Source: an uncultured Pseudomonadota bacterium (GTDB lineage Bacteria > Pseudomonadota > Alphaproteobacteria > JACZXZ01). From it: a stretch of DNA of 64,000 bases. The notes under the pieces were generated by a model that saw nothing but the letters and a program-made list of their open reading frames with translations, searched no databases and was not told where the DNA came from. The number at the start of each line of letters is the position of its first letter. The first letter of the stretch is position 1. This document shows positions 1 through 9,581 of the stretch, in pieces. The stretch is taken from NCBI GenBank assembly GCA_963749075.1, contig CAVVLJ010000004.1:352001-416000 (forward strand), written 5' to 3'. Both the position numbers and the translations under genes were made by a program.

Positions 1-17
1 CGCAACCCGAGTCCGGC

Positions 18-659
18 GTGCGCGGGCAAGACTCCGAAGCCGATTTTGCCGCGCTCCTCGGCGTTCCCGCGAGCGGGCTCACCCCGGAGGTGCGGCAGGC
101 CGTCGCCGGCCTCAGCGCCGAGGTCAAGACTCTGCGCCGGGAGCTCAGCGACGCCCACAGCAAGGTCGGCTACCTCGAGCGCCTCGCGGATCAGGACACG
201 CTCGTTCCGGCGATCAACCGCCGCGCCTTCGCGCGCGAGCTCTCGCGCACCATGAGCTATGCGCGGCGCTACAATGTGCCGTGCAGCGTGCTCTACTTCG
301 ACGTGAACGAGCTCAAGGAGATCAACGACGGCTTCGGCCATGCGGCGGGCGACGCGGCGCTTATCCATGTCGTCGAGATGCTCAATGCCTCGGTGCGCGA
401 ATTCGACATCGTGGGCCGCCTCGGCGGCGACGAGTTCGGCGTCATCCTGGTGCACGTCGACGACAAGGGCGCTGCCGACAAGGCGGCGACGCTCGCCGCT
501 GCCGTCGCAGGCAAGCCGCAGGTCTTTCGCGGCCACACCATCGCGGTCAGCGTCGCTTACGGCAGCTACCAGTTCCGTCCCGACGAGAACGTCGAGCACG
601 CCATCGACCTGGCGGACAAGGCGATGTACGCGCGCAAGAGAAGCCTGCCGAACCGCTAG
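18..659 (+). CDS. GGDEF diguanylate cyclase (may extend upstream of the window)
   Basis: D-T-L..NRR, YFDVNELKEINDGFGHAAGD and RLGGDEF motifs; RxxD I-site (REFD); N-terminal coiled coil; frame stays open to the window edge. Confidence 0.92.
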   Translation: MRGQDSEADFAALLGVPASGLTPEVRQAVAGLSAEVKTLRRELSDAHSKVGYLERLADQDTLVPAINRRAFARELSRTMSYARRYNVPCSVLYFDVNELKEINDGFGHAAGDAALIHVVEMLNASVREFDIVGRLGGDEFGVILVHVDDKGAADKAATLAAAVAGKPQVFRGHTIAVSVAYGSYQFRPDENVEHAIDLADKAMYARKRSLPNR

Positions 660-712
660 CGCGCGCCGCTCTGCCGCCCTCCGCGCAGCAGCGCGGCCCC
701 GGGGCTTCCTCG

Positions 713-937
713 TCACGCGATGATGTCGGGGAGGAGCTCGCTCTCCAGCTTGGCGATCTGGTCCTTGAGCGCCAGCTTGCGCTTCTTGAGGCGCTGCATC
801 ATCAGCTGGTCGTAGATGCCGCCTTCGCCCACCCGCGCGATGACCTCGTCGAGGTCGCGATGCTCGCTGCGGAGTGCCGCGAGGCGCTCCTTGAGCAACG
901 TCAACTCCTCTTCGCTCAGGCGGCCGCCTTCCCCCAT
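713..937 (-). CDS. YdcH/DUF465 family protein
   Basis: 74 aa, LRSEHRDLDEVI...QRLKKRKLALKDQIAKLESELLPDIIA. Confidence 0.88.
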   Translation of the reverse strand: MGEGGRLSEEELTLLKERLAALRSEHRDLDEVIARVGEGGIYDQLMMQRLKKRKLALKDQIAKLESELLPDIIA

Positions 938-1066
938 CTCGTCCTCGTCGTGAGGAGAGGAAATCTTACAGGAGCGGGCGCTCCGGGGGAATGTCCGCGC
1001 GCGCCTCCCGTGCACGGCTTTGGCCGCCTTTGCCGCCGCGGTCGACCGCAGCAAAGCCGCCGCGCT

Positions 1067-1681
1067 ATGATCGCCGGAAACTCAGGCCTCGACGGGGCGC
1101 CCTTGGCTCAATTCCCGGCTTGCGAATTCTGGGATTTCTCCCTTGCCGTCTACGGCTCAAGGGGAGTGCCGGCCGCGTGTTTGGCGCTCCAGGAGCGCTA
1201 CCGGGCCAACGTCAATCTCCTGCTCTTCTGCTGTTGGCTGGGGGCGAGCGGGCGAGGCGCTCTCGGCGAGGCCGGCTTGACCGAGGCGCAAGCCGCGGCC
1301 GGCCGCTGGCACGCCGAGGTCGTGCGCGGCCTCCGCGCCGTGCGGAAGCTGCTCAAGGACGCCCACGGCCGGGCGCCGGGTGAGCTCGCAGAGGAGCTGC
1401 GCAAGAAGGTGGCGGCCGCCGAGCTCGAGGCGGAGCACATCGAGCAGCTCCTCCTCGCCGGCCTGGCGCCGCCGCCGGCACCCGGAGCGGCGTCCCGCTC
1501 CCCGCTCGAGCGCGCGGCGGACGCCGCGCGCGGCGCCGCGGCCTATCTTGCCGGCCTCGGAGCCGCCCTGGATGGCGCCGACCGGGACGCCCTCCTCGCT
1601 CTCCTCGCCGGGGTATTTCCAGCACTTGCGGGGGCGCCGCTCGCGGCCGTCCTCGCAGCGCTGCCGGTGCCTCCTCCATAG
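1067..1681 (+). CDS. TIGR02444/DUF2390 family protein
   Basis: FWDFSLAVYG..VPAACLALQE..NVNLLLFCCWLG..W..EVV..LR..R..ELEAE signature. Confidence 0.85.
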   Translation: MIAGNSGLDGAPLAQFPACEFWDFSLAVYGSRGVPAACLALQERYRANVNLLLFCCWLGASGRGALGEAGLTEAQAAAGRWHAEVVRGLRAVRKLLKDAHGRAPGELAEELRKKVAAAELEAEHIEQLLLAGLAPPPAPGAASRSPLERAADAARGAAAYLAGLGAALDGADRDALLALLAGVFPALAGAPLAAVLAALPVPPP

Positions 1682-1894
1682 CCGCCCGGGAGCTGCCCGG
1701 GCAGGCGGCGGGCCGAGCGGGCCATGCCACCCCCGGCCCAGCGCATTCGACCATATTTAGCCGTAAAAATCGCCGAAACCCCCGAATTTGCGTGTGGCAA
1801 TGAGGCGCTGGCGCAGGGTGAAAAACCGGCGTAGCATTTTCGTGCGGTCGCAGCGCGGTCGCACTCGGACTCTTACGGCAGGAGGAGGTGTCCG

Positions 1895-2062
1895 GTGAAT
1901 GTCGCAGAGCGGATCGATGCCTTGAAGGCCAGACACGCGGCGCTCGACGCCGCCATCGAGGACGAAACGAATCGCCCGCTGCCCGATGCCACAAAAATCC
2001 ACGACCTCAAGCGCCAGAAGCTCAAGATCAAGGACGAGATGGCCCAGATCGGCCGACATTAG
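1895..2062 (+). CDS. YdcH/DUF465 family protein (55 aa, not in ORF track)
   Basis: GGAGGAGG RBS at 1881-1888, GTG start; MNVAERIDALKARHAALDAAIEDETNRPLPDATKIHDLKRQKLKIKDEMAQIGRH. Confidence 0.88.
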   Translation: MNVAERIDALKARHAALDAAIEDETNRPLPDATKIHDLKRQKLKIKDEMAQIGRH

Positions 2063-2148
2063 CCAAGCGCTTAGCCCCTTCGCGACGGCCGATGCCGCCC
2101 TGCGGGCCCGATTGCGGGCCTGCACGGGGCGGCATAATTTTTAGAGCG

Positions 2149-3789
2149 CTAGCCGAGCGCCTTGGCCTGCTCGCGCAGCACGTACTTCTGCACCTTGCCC
2201 GTCGAGGTCTTGGGCAGTGCTCCGAAGACGATGCTCCGCGGCGCCTTGTAATGGGCGATGTGCGCGCGGCAGAAGGCGATGAGCTCCTCGGCGCTGGCGT
2301 CGGCACCCGGCTTGAGCGTCACGAAGGCGCAAGGCGTCTCGCCCCACTTCGCGTCGGGGCGCGCGACCACCGCCGCCTCGAGCACCGCCGGGTGGCGGTA
2401 GAGCGCCTGCTCGACCTCGATCGTCGAGATGTTCTCGCCGCCCGAGATGATGATGTCCTTGGCGCGGTCCTTGAGCTCGATATAGCCGTCCGCGTGCCAG
2501 ACGCCGAGGTCGCCGGTATGGAACCAGCCGCCGGCAAAGGCCTCGGCCGTCGCTTTGGCGTTCTTGAGGTAACCCTTCATCACCGTGTTGCCGCGCATCA
2601 GCACCTCGCCCATGGTGGTGCCGTCGCGCGGCACCGGTGCCAGCGTCGCCGGGTCCGCCACCATGAGGCCTTCCATCACCGGATAGCGCACGCCCTGGCG
2701 CGCCTTGAGTGCCGCCTGCTCTTCGGCCGGCCGCCGGCTCCACTCCTCGTGCCAGGCGCAGACGACGCTGGGCCCATAGACCTCGGTCAGGCCGTAGACG
2801 TGGGTGACGTGGAAGCCCAGGCGCTCGATCGCCTCGAGCACCGCCGGCGGCGGCGGCGCTGCGGCGGTCATCACTTCGACGGTGCGGGGAAGCGGGCGGC
2901 GCTCCTCGGGGGGCGCATTGACGAGCATGTTGAGCACGATGGGAGCACCGCAGAGATGGCTCACCCCGTGCTCGGCGATGGCGTCGTAGATCGCCTTGGC
3001 CTCGACGCGGCGCAAGCACACGTGGGTGCCGGCCAGCGCCGTGATGGTCCAGGGGAAGCACCAGCCGTTGCAATGGAACATGGGCAGCGTCCAGAGATAG
3101 ACCGGGTGGCCGCGCAAGCCCCAGACGAGGATGTTGCCGAGCGCATTCAGATAGGCGCCGCGGTGGTGGTAGACGACGCCCTTGGGGTTGCCCGTGGTGC
3201 CCGAGGTGTAATTGAGGGTGATGGCCTGCCATTCGTCCTCGGGCGGACTCCAGGCAAAGTCGGGATCGCCCCCGGCGAGGAGGGCCTCGTAGTCGCTCTC
3301 GCCGAGGAGCGCTCCACCCGCCGCCGCCGGGTCGTCGATGTCGATGACCGGGATCTTGCGGCCGAGGATGGCCAGGGCCTTGGCGGCGACGGGCGAGAAT
3401 TCGCGGTCGGTGATGAGGAGCTTGGCCTCGCCGTGGGCGAGCGTGAAGGCAATCGTCTCGGCGTCGAGGCGCACGTTCAAGGCGTTGAGCACCGCACCCG
3501 CCATGGGCACGCCGAAGGCCGCCTCGAAGGCGGCCGGCACGTTGGGCGCCATGAGCGCCACCGTGTCGGAGCGCCCGATGCCGCGGCCTCTCAAAGCCGA
3601 GGCGAGCCGGCGGCAGCGCGCATAGCTCTCGGCCCAGGTCCAGCTGCGGTTGCCGTGCACGACGGCGGTGCGGCCCGGATGCACGGCGGCCGCGCGCTCG
3701 ATGAAGCCGAGCGGCGAGAGGGCAGCGAAGTTCGCCGCGTTCTTCTGCAGGTCCTCTTCGTACGGACTGCCCGCCTCGCGCTCTTTCAC
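2149..3789 (-). CDS. Acyl-CoA synthetase (AMP-binding family)
   Basis: YTSGTTGNPKG, YGLTE, WFHTGD, DRAKDIIISGGENIS and LPKTSTGK motifs; GTG start inferred. Confidence 0.92.
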   Translation of the reverse strand: MKEREAGSPYEEDLQKNAANFAALSPLGFIERAAAVHPGRTAVVHGNRSWTWAESYARCRRLASALRGRGIGRSDTVALMAPNVPAAFEAAFGVPMAGAVLNALNVRLDAETIAFTLAHGEAKLLITDREFSPVAAKALAILGRKIPVIDIDDPAAAGGALLGESDYEALLAGGDPDFAWSPPEDEWQAITLNYTSGTTGNPKGVVYHHRGAYLNALGNILVWGLRGHPVYLWTLPMFHCNGWCFPWTITALAGTHVCLRRVEAKAIYDAIAEHGVSHLCGAPIVLNMLVNAPPEERRPLPRTVEVMTAAAPPPPAVLEAIERLGFHVTHVYGLTEVYGPSVVCAWHEEWSRRPAEEQAALKARQGVRYPVMEGLMVADPATLAPVPRDGTTMGEVLMRGNTVMKGYLKNAKATAEAFAGGWFHTGDLGVWHADGYIELKDRAKDIIISGGENISTIEVEQALYRHPAVLEAAVVARPDAKWGETPCAFVTLKPGADASAEELIAFCRAHIAHYKAPRSIVFGALPKTSTGKVQKYVLREQAKALG

Positions 3790-3840
3790 GATCTCGCTCT
3801 CTCCATTGGGACGCACGGCATGCGACACCCTCGCCTGAGT

Positions 3841-3951
3841 CCTCATCCTTCGAGACGCAATCCTTCGGATTGCTCCTCGAGGATGAGGACTCGGGCGGCG
3901 GAGTTTCGCCTCATCCTGAGGAGGTGCGAAGCACCGTCTCGAAGGATGAGG
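3841..3951. repeat. REP-like family A, inverted pair (3841-3888 and 3909-3951)
   Basis: CCTCATCCTGAGGAG-hairpin-CGTCTCGAAGGATGAGG unit in opposite orientations; same family at 7162-7272 and 61154-61264. Confidence 0.85.
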
Positions 3952-4071
3952 TGAAACTGACGCACTCTGCCACAATCCGCCTTGGCAAGGGAGGCGCTTT
4001 GCGGGTATTGCTCGGGCCGCTAGGGGAGAGAGGGCGGAGAGAAAACGCGGCCCGCGCCAAAGGAGCCCGGC

Positions 4072-5988
4072 ATGTCCAGTCGCTTCGATGCCGTCTACGA
4101 GCGCTCGCTCGGCGATCCCGAGGGCTTCTGGGCCGAGGCCGCGGAGGGGGTGCACTGGTACAAGAGGTGGGACAAGGTCCTCGACGCCGGCAATCCGCCC
4201 TTCTACCGCTGGTTCCGCGGCGGGCTCGTCAATACCTGCTACAACGCGCTCGACCGCCACGTGGAGGCCGGCCGCGGCGGCGACACGGCGCTCATCTACG
4301 ACAGTCCGGTCACGCACACCGTCATGCGCTACGGCTTTCGCGAGCTGCGCGACCTCGTGGCGCGCTTCGCGGGCGCGCTCGGCGCTCTCGGCATCGGCCG
4401 CGGCGACCGCGTCCTCATCTATATGCCGATGGTGCCGGAGGCGGCCATCGCCATGCTCGCCTCGGCGCGCATCGGCGCCATCCACTCGGTCGTCTTCGGC
4501 GGCTTCGCGGCGAACGAGCTCGCCGTACGCATCGACGACGCCAAGCCCAAGGCGATCGTGTCCGCCTCCTGCGGCATCGAGGCCGGGCGCGTCGTCGCCT
4601 ACAAGCCGCTCCTCGACGAGGCGATGCTCATCGCCGCCCACAAGCCCGCCCATGCCGTCATCCTGCAGCGCCCGCAGGCGACGGCCGGGATGGTGGCCAA
4701 GCGCGATGTCGACTGGGCGGAGGCGCTGGCAGCTGCCAAGCCGGTGCCTTGCGTTCCGGTCGAGGCGACCGACCCGCTCTACATCCTCTACACCTCGGGC
4801 ACCACGGGCCAGCCCAAGGGCATCGTGCGCGACAACGGCGGCCATCTCGTGGCGCTCAACTGGTCGATGAAGAACGTCTACGGCATCGAGCCCGGCGAAG
4901 TCTATTGGGCGGCCTCCGACGTGGGCTGGGTGGTCGGCCACTCCTACATCGTCTATGCCCCCTTGATCCACGGCAACACAACGGTGCTCTACGAGGGGAA
5001 GCCGGTCGGCACGCCGGACGCCGGCGCCTACTGGCGCGTCATCTCCGAGCACAAGGTGGCGGCCCTCTTCACGGCACCCACCGCGTTCCGCGCCATCAAG
5101 CGCGAGGACCCCGAGGGCAAGCTCATCCGCGGCTACGATCTCGCGGCCTTCCGCACGCTCTTCCTCGCCGGCGAGCGCGCCGACCCCGACACGGTCCAGT
5201 GGGCCGAGCGCCATCTCAAGGTCCCGGTCATCGATCACTGGTGGCAGACTGAGACGGGCTGGGCGATCGCCGCCAATTGCATGGGCATCGAGCATCTCAA
5301 GGTGAAGTACGGCTCGCCCACCCGTGCCGTGCCCGGCTACGACGTGCGCGTGCTCGATCCCGAAGGTGCGGAGATGAAGCGCGGGGCGATCGGCGCCATC
5401 GCGGTCAAGCTGCCGCTGCCGCCGGGCTCGCTGCTCACCCTGTGGAACGCGGACGAGCGCTACAAGGCGGCCTATCTCGCGCGCTACCCCGGCTATTACG
5501 AGACGGGCGATGCCGGCTACATGGACGAGGACGGCTATATCTACGTGATGGCGCGCACCGACGACATCATCAACGTGGCCGGCCACCGCCTCTCCACGGG
5601 TGCCATGGAGGAGGTGCTCTCCGACCATCCCGACGTGGCCGAGTGCGCGGTGATCGGCGTCGCCGACGCGCTCAAGGGCCAGGTGCCGCTCGGCTTCCTC
5701 GTGCTCAAGGCCGGCGTGGCGCGGCCGCCCCAGGAGATCGTGGCGGAGGTGGTGAGGATGGTGCGCGAGCGCATCGGCCCCGTCGCCGCCTTCAAGAGTG
5801 CCGCCGTGGTGCCGCGCCTGCCTAAGACGCGCTCCGGCAAGATCCTGCGCGGCACCATGCAGAAGATCGCCGACAACGCGCCCTACAAGGTGCCGGCCAC
5901 CATCGACGACCCCGGAGCCCTCCCCGACATCGAGACGGCGCTCGACGAGCTCGGCTATGCCAAGGGACGCGCGGCCGAAGTGCCCTGA
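4072..5988 (+). CDS. prpE: Propionyl-CoA synthetase
   Basis: FW..W..WF.GG.VN.CYNALDRH, YTSGTTGQPKG, DHWWQTETG, LPKTRSGKILR. Confidence 0.85.
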   Translation: MSSRFDAVYERSLGDPEGFWAEAAEGVHWYKRWDKVLDAGNPPFYRWFRGGLVNTCYNALDRHVEAGRGGDTALIYDSPVTHTVMRYGFRELRDLVARFAGALGALGIGRGDRVLIYMPMVPEAAIAMLASARIGAIHSVVFGGFAANELAVRIDDAKPKAIVSASCGIEAGRVVAYKPLLDEAMLIAAHKPAHAVILQRPQATAGMVAKRDVDWAEALAAAKPVPCVPVEATDPLYILYTSGTTGQPKGIVRDNGGHLVALNWSMKNVYGIEPGEVYWAASDVGWVVGHSYIVYAPLIHGNTTVLYEGKPVGTPDAGAYWRVISEHKVAALFTAPTAFRAIKREDPEGKLIRGYDLAAFRTLFLAGERADPDTVQWAERHLKVPVIDHWWQTETGWAIAANCMGIEHLKVKYGSPTRAVPGYDVRVLDPEGAEMKRGAIGAIAVKLPLPPGSLLTLWNADERYKAAYLARYPGYYETGDAGYMDEDGYIYVMARTDDIINVAGHRLSTGAMEEVLSDHPDVAECAVIGVADALKGQVPLGFLVLKAGVARPPQEIVAEVVRMVRERIGPVAAFKSAAVVPRLPKTRSGKILRGTMQKIADNAPYKVPATIDDPGALPDIETALDELGYAKGRAAEVP

Positions 5989-6017
5989 GCAAGCCCGCCG
6001 CCCAAGGAGAAGGGATC

Positions 6018-6971
<954 letters not shown>

Positions 6972-7078
6972 CGGAGACGGCGGCAGGGGAGAGCGCTTCC
7001 CACTCAAGTGGAATCGCTGCTCCAGTCGTCATTCCCGCGAAAGCGGGAATCCATCGGCCCTGGACCCCCGCTTTCGCG

Positions 7079-7320
7079 CTAGTTGATGCACACAATTTCT
7101 AAGATCACCGGCAAATCATGATGTTGCGCGCTGCAAAGGGGCCTCGGACCGGCCGCGGTGCGTCCTTCGAGACGCTCGCTACGCTCGCTCCTCAGGATGA
7201 GGAAAAGTCTTTCTGCCACACACAGATTTGCCTCATCCTGAGGAGCGCCCCGAAGGGGCGCGTCTCGAAGGACCCACGGCGGATTTGCAAGCCCCCTCAA
7301 GATGTGTGCATCTGCTAGCA
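7079..7320. mobile_element. MITE (242 bp) with terminal inverted repeats and target duplication
   Basis: Left CTAGttGATGCACACA (7079-7094), right TGTGTGCATCtgCTAG (7303-7318); CTTTCGCG repeated at 7071-7078 and 7321-7328; no transposase. Confidence 0.75.
7162..7272. repeat. REP-like family A inverted pair inside the MITE
   Basis: GTCCTTCGAGACG..CTCCTCAGGATGAGG and CCTCATCCTGAGGAG..CGTCTCGAAGGA. Confidence 0.85.
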
Positions 7321-7374
7321 CTTTCGCGGGGGTGACGGGAGAGGCGGTTCCACCTAATCGGGATATTCTCTAGC

Positions 7375-7983
7375 TTACGGTGCCGCCTTCTCCTCGTCCG
7401 CCGCCGTCACCGCCGCGACGGCAGCCGTGGCGGAAGCCTCGCTCTCGGCCGCCAGCTTGCGCAGGCGCTCGCGGGCGCGCTGCACGGCCTTCTCGAGCTC
7501 GTCGTTGCTGCAGAGGCCGAGCAGCACCGGGCTCTGGGGCCGGATGTTGGGCGTGTTCCAATGGCTGCGGTCGCGCACCGCCTGGATGGTGTGCTTGGTG
7601 GTGCCGACGAGCTTGGTGATCTGCGCGTCGGTGAGCTCCGGGTGGTTCTTCAAGAGCCAGGCGATGGCGTCGGGGCGGTCGCTGCGCTTGGCGACCGGCG
7701 TGTAGCGCGCCCCCTTGGTGCGCGCCTCAGGGAGCGGGATCGACGGCACCGCGAGCTGGAGCCGGTACTCGGGATCGGCCTCGCCCTTGCCGATCTCCCC
7801 CTTGGCGAGCTGGCCGTTGGCCACCGGATCGAGGCCGTGCATGCCGCCGACCACCTCGCCGTCGGCGATCGCCTGCACCTCGAGCTCGTGGAGCCCGCAA
7901 TATTCGGCGATCTGCTTGAAGGTGAGCGTGGTGTTCTCGACGAGCCAAACGGCGGTGGCCTTCGGCATGAGCGGTTGCGCCAT
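7375..7983 (-). CDS. trcR: DUF1013 family cell-cycle transcription regulator TrcR
   Basis: PLMPKATAVWLVENTTLTF.QIA.YCGLH.LEV..IADG, RYTPVAKR.DRPDAI.WL, GTTK.TI..VRDRSHWN. Confidence 0.88.
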   Translation of the reverse strand: MAQPLMPKATAVWLVENTTLTFKQIAEYCGLHELEVQAIADGEVVGGMHGLDPVANGQLAKGEIGKGEADPEYRLQLAVPSIPLPEARTKGARYTPVAKRSDRPDAIAWLLKNHPELTDAQITKLVGTTKHTIQAVRDRSHWNTPNIRPQSPVLLGLCSNDELEKAVQRARERLRKLAAESEASATAAVAAVTAADEEKAAP

Positions 7984-8139
7984 CGATCCTCCTCGCGTTT
8001 TGGTTTGGGCCGCTGCCGGATGCCGCCGTCGCGGGGCACCTGCGGGTGGACGCTCTAGCCCGGCCGCAGGGAAGCAGGGTCACTGGGGCTTATATAGGGA
8101 CTCAAGGCCAGGCGCAAACACCGTGCGCCAGTGCGGCGC

Positions 8140-9153
8140 TCACGTGGTCAGCACGATCTTGCCGATATGGGCGCTCGATTCCATGAGGCGGTGGGCGTCC
8201 GCCGCCTGGGCGAGGGGGAAACTCCTGAAAATGACGGGCTTGACCTTGCCGGCCTCGATCAGCGGCCAGACCTCCTGCCGCAGCGCCCTGGCGATCCTGC
8301 CCTTCTCCTCGACGGAGCGCGGACGCAGGGTCGAGCCCGTGAGCGTGAGCCGCTTCTGCATGATGACGTGGAGGTCGACCTCGGCCTTCGCACCCCTCAG
8401 CACGGCAATCTGCACGGCGCGGCCGTCGGGCGCCAGGAGCTCGAGGTTGCCCGCCGCATAGTCGCCGCCCACCATGTCGAGGATGACGTCGATGCCCCTG
8501 CCGCCGGTCGCTTTGCCGAGCGCCTCGACGAAGTTCTCGCGCCGGTAGTTGACGCACTTCTCCGCCCCGAGGGCCTCGCAGGCCTGGCACTTCGCGGCAT
8601 CGCCGGCGGTCGCGAAGACGCGGGCGCCGCGCGCCTTGGCGAGCTGGATCGCCGTCGTGCCGATGCCGCTCGAGCCGCCATGGACAAGGAAGCTCTCGCC
8701 GGCCACGAGCCGTCCGCGCTCGAACACGTTGGTCCACACCGTGAAGAAAGTTTCCGGCAGCGCTGCCGCCTCGATCATGCCGAGCCCCTTGGGGATGGGG
8801 AGGCACTGGGCTGCTGGGGCCGCGGCATAGTCCGCATAGCCGCCGCCCGCTAAGAGTGCCAGCACCTCGTCCCCCAGCTTCCAGCCCTCGGCCTTGGGCC
8901 CGAGCGCCGCCACGTGCCCGGCGACCTCGAGGCCCGGAAGGTCGGAAGCGCCCGGCGGAGGGTTGTATTTGCCCTGGCGCTGCAAGATGTCCGGGCGGTT
9001 GACGCCGGCCGCCGCGACCTTGATCAGGAGCTCGCCCGGCCCCGGCTGCGGCAGCGGACGGCGCCCCGGCACGAGCTCCTCGGGGCCGCCGGGCTTCCTG
9101 ATCTCGATCGCGGTCATTGTTTTGGGCATCGTCTTGGGCAAGGGATCGGGCAT
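8140..9153 (-). CDS. NAD(P)H-quinone oxidoreductase (PIG3/zeta-crystallin family)
   Basis: AAGVNRPD..QR.G.Y.PP.GA, LPETFFTVW.NVF, HGGSSGIGT, HIGKIVL. Confidence 0.92.
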   Translation of the reverse strand: MPDPLPKTMPKTMTAIEIRKPGGPEELVPGRRPLPQPGPGELLIKVAAAGVNRPDILQRQGKYNPPPGASDLPGLEVAGHVAALGPKAEGWKLGDEVLALLAGGGYADYAAAPAAQCLPIPKGLGMIEAAALPETFFTVWTNVFERGRLVAGESFLVHGGSSGIGTTAIQLAKARGARVFATAGDAAKCQACEALGAEKCVNYRRENFVEALGKATGGRGIDVILDMVGGDYAAGNLELLAPDGRAVQIAVLRGAKAEVDLHVIMQKRLTLTGSTLRPRSVEEKGRIARALRQEVWPLIEAGKVKPVIFRSFPLAQAADAHRLMESSAHIGKIVLTT

Positions 9154-9280
9154 GGTGCCTCCGGGGTGGGGCTTTCGCCGCTGCCATGGTGGAGGGGGAC
9201 GCGGGCGCTATGAGAGAGCAGCACTCCTCTAGTATGTTGAGCGGCGAGTGACAAGCGCCTTAGCCGGCAGAGGTGCGGCC

Positions 9281-9475
9281 ATGGACATCGAGGATCTCGA
9301 GCCCCGCAAGACGAAGCCCAAGCCCAAGCTTCTGGACCCCCTCTCGGTCGAGGAGCTCAAGGAGTACATCGGCGAGCTCGAGGCCGAGATCGCCCGCGTC
9401 AAAGGCGAGATCGCGCGCAAGTCGGCCCACCTCGACAGAGCGGCCGCCTTCTTCAAGAAGCCGGCGGGCGGCTAG
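9281..9475 (+). CDS. DUF1192 family protein
   Basis: LDPLSVEELKEYIGELEAEIARV...AAAFFK. Confidence 0.85.
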   Translation: MDIEDLEPRKTKPKPKLLDPLSVEELKEYIGELEAEIARVKGEIARKSAHLDRAAAFFKKPAGG

Positions 9476-9581
9476 TGCCGGCGGAGGCTGCCCCGGCACC
9501 GCGGTTGCCCGCGGCGAGGCTCTTGCGGTAACGATAGCTCTCGCGCCGCGAACGCGCAGTCGAGCGAGGGAGGACAGCGCC

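Larger units (their letters stand above)
7028..7336. repeat. REP-like family B pair, second unit interrupted by a MITE
   Basis: GTCATTCCCGCGAAAGCGGGAATCCA (7028-7053) and inverted TGGACCCCCGCTTTCGCG|GGGGTGAC split at 7078/7321. Confidence 0.75.

Noticed and set aside
2149-5628. 1159-aa ORF and many other long antisense or alternative-frame ORFs
   Set aside because: Shadow ORFs typical of ~70% GC DNA; the N-terminal half is antisense to prpE and crosses a REP doublet
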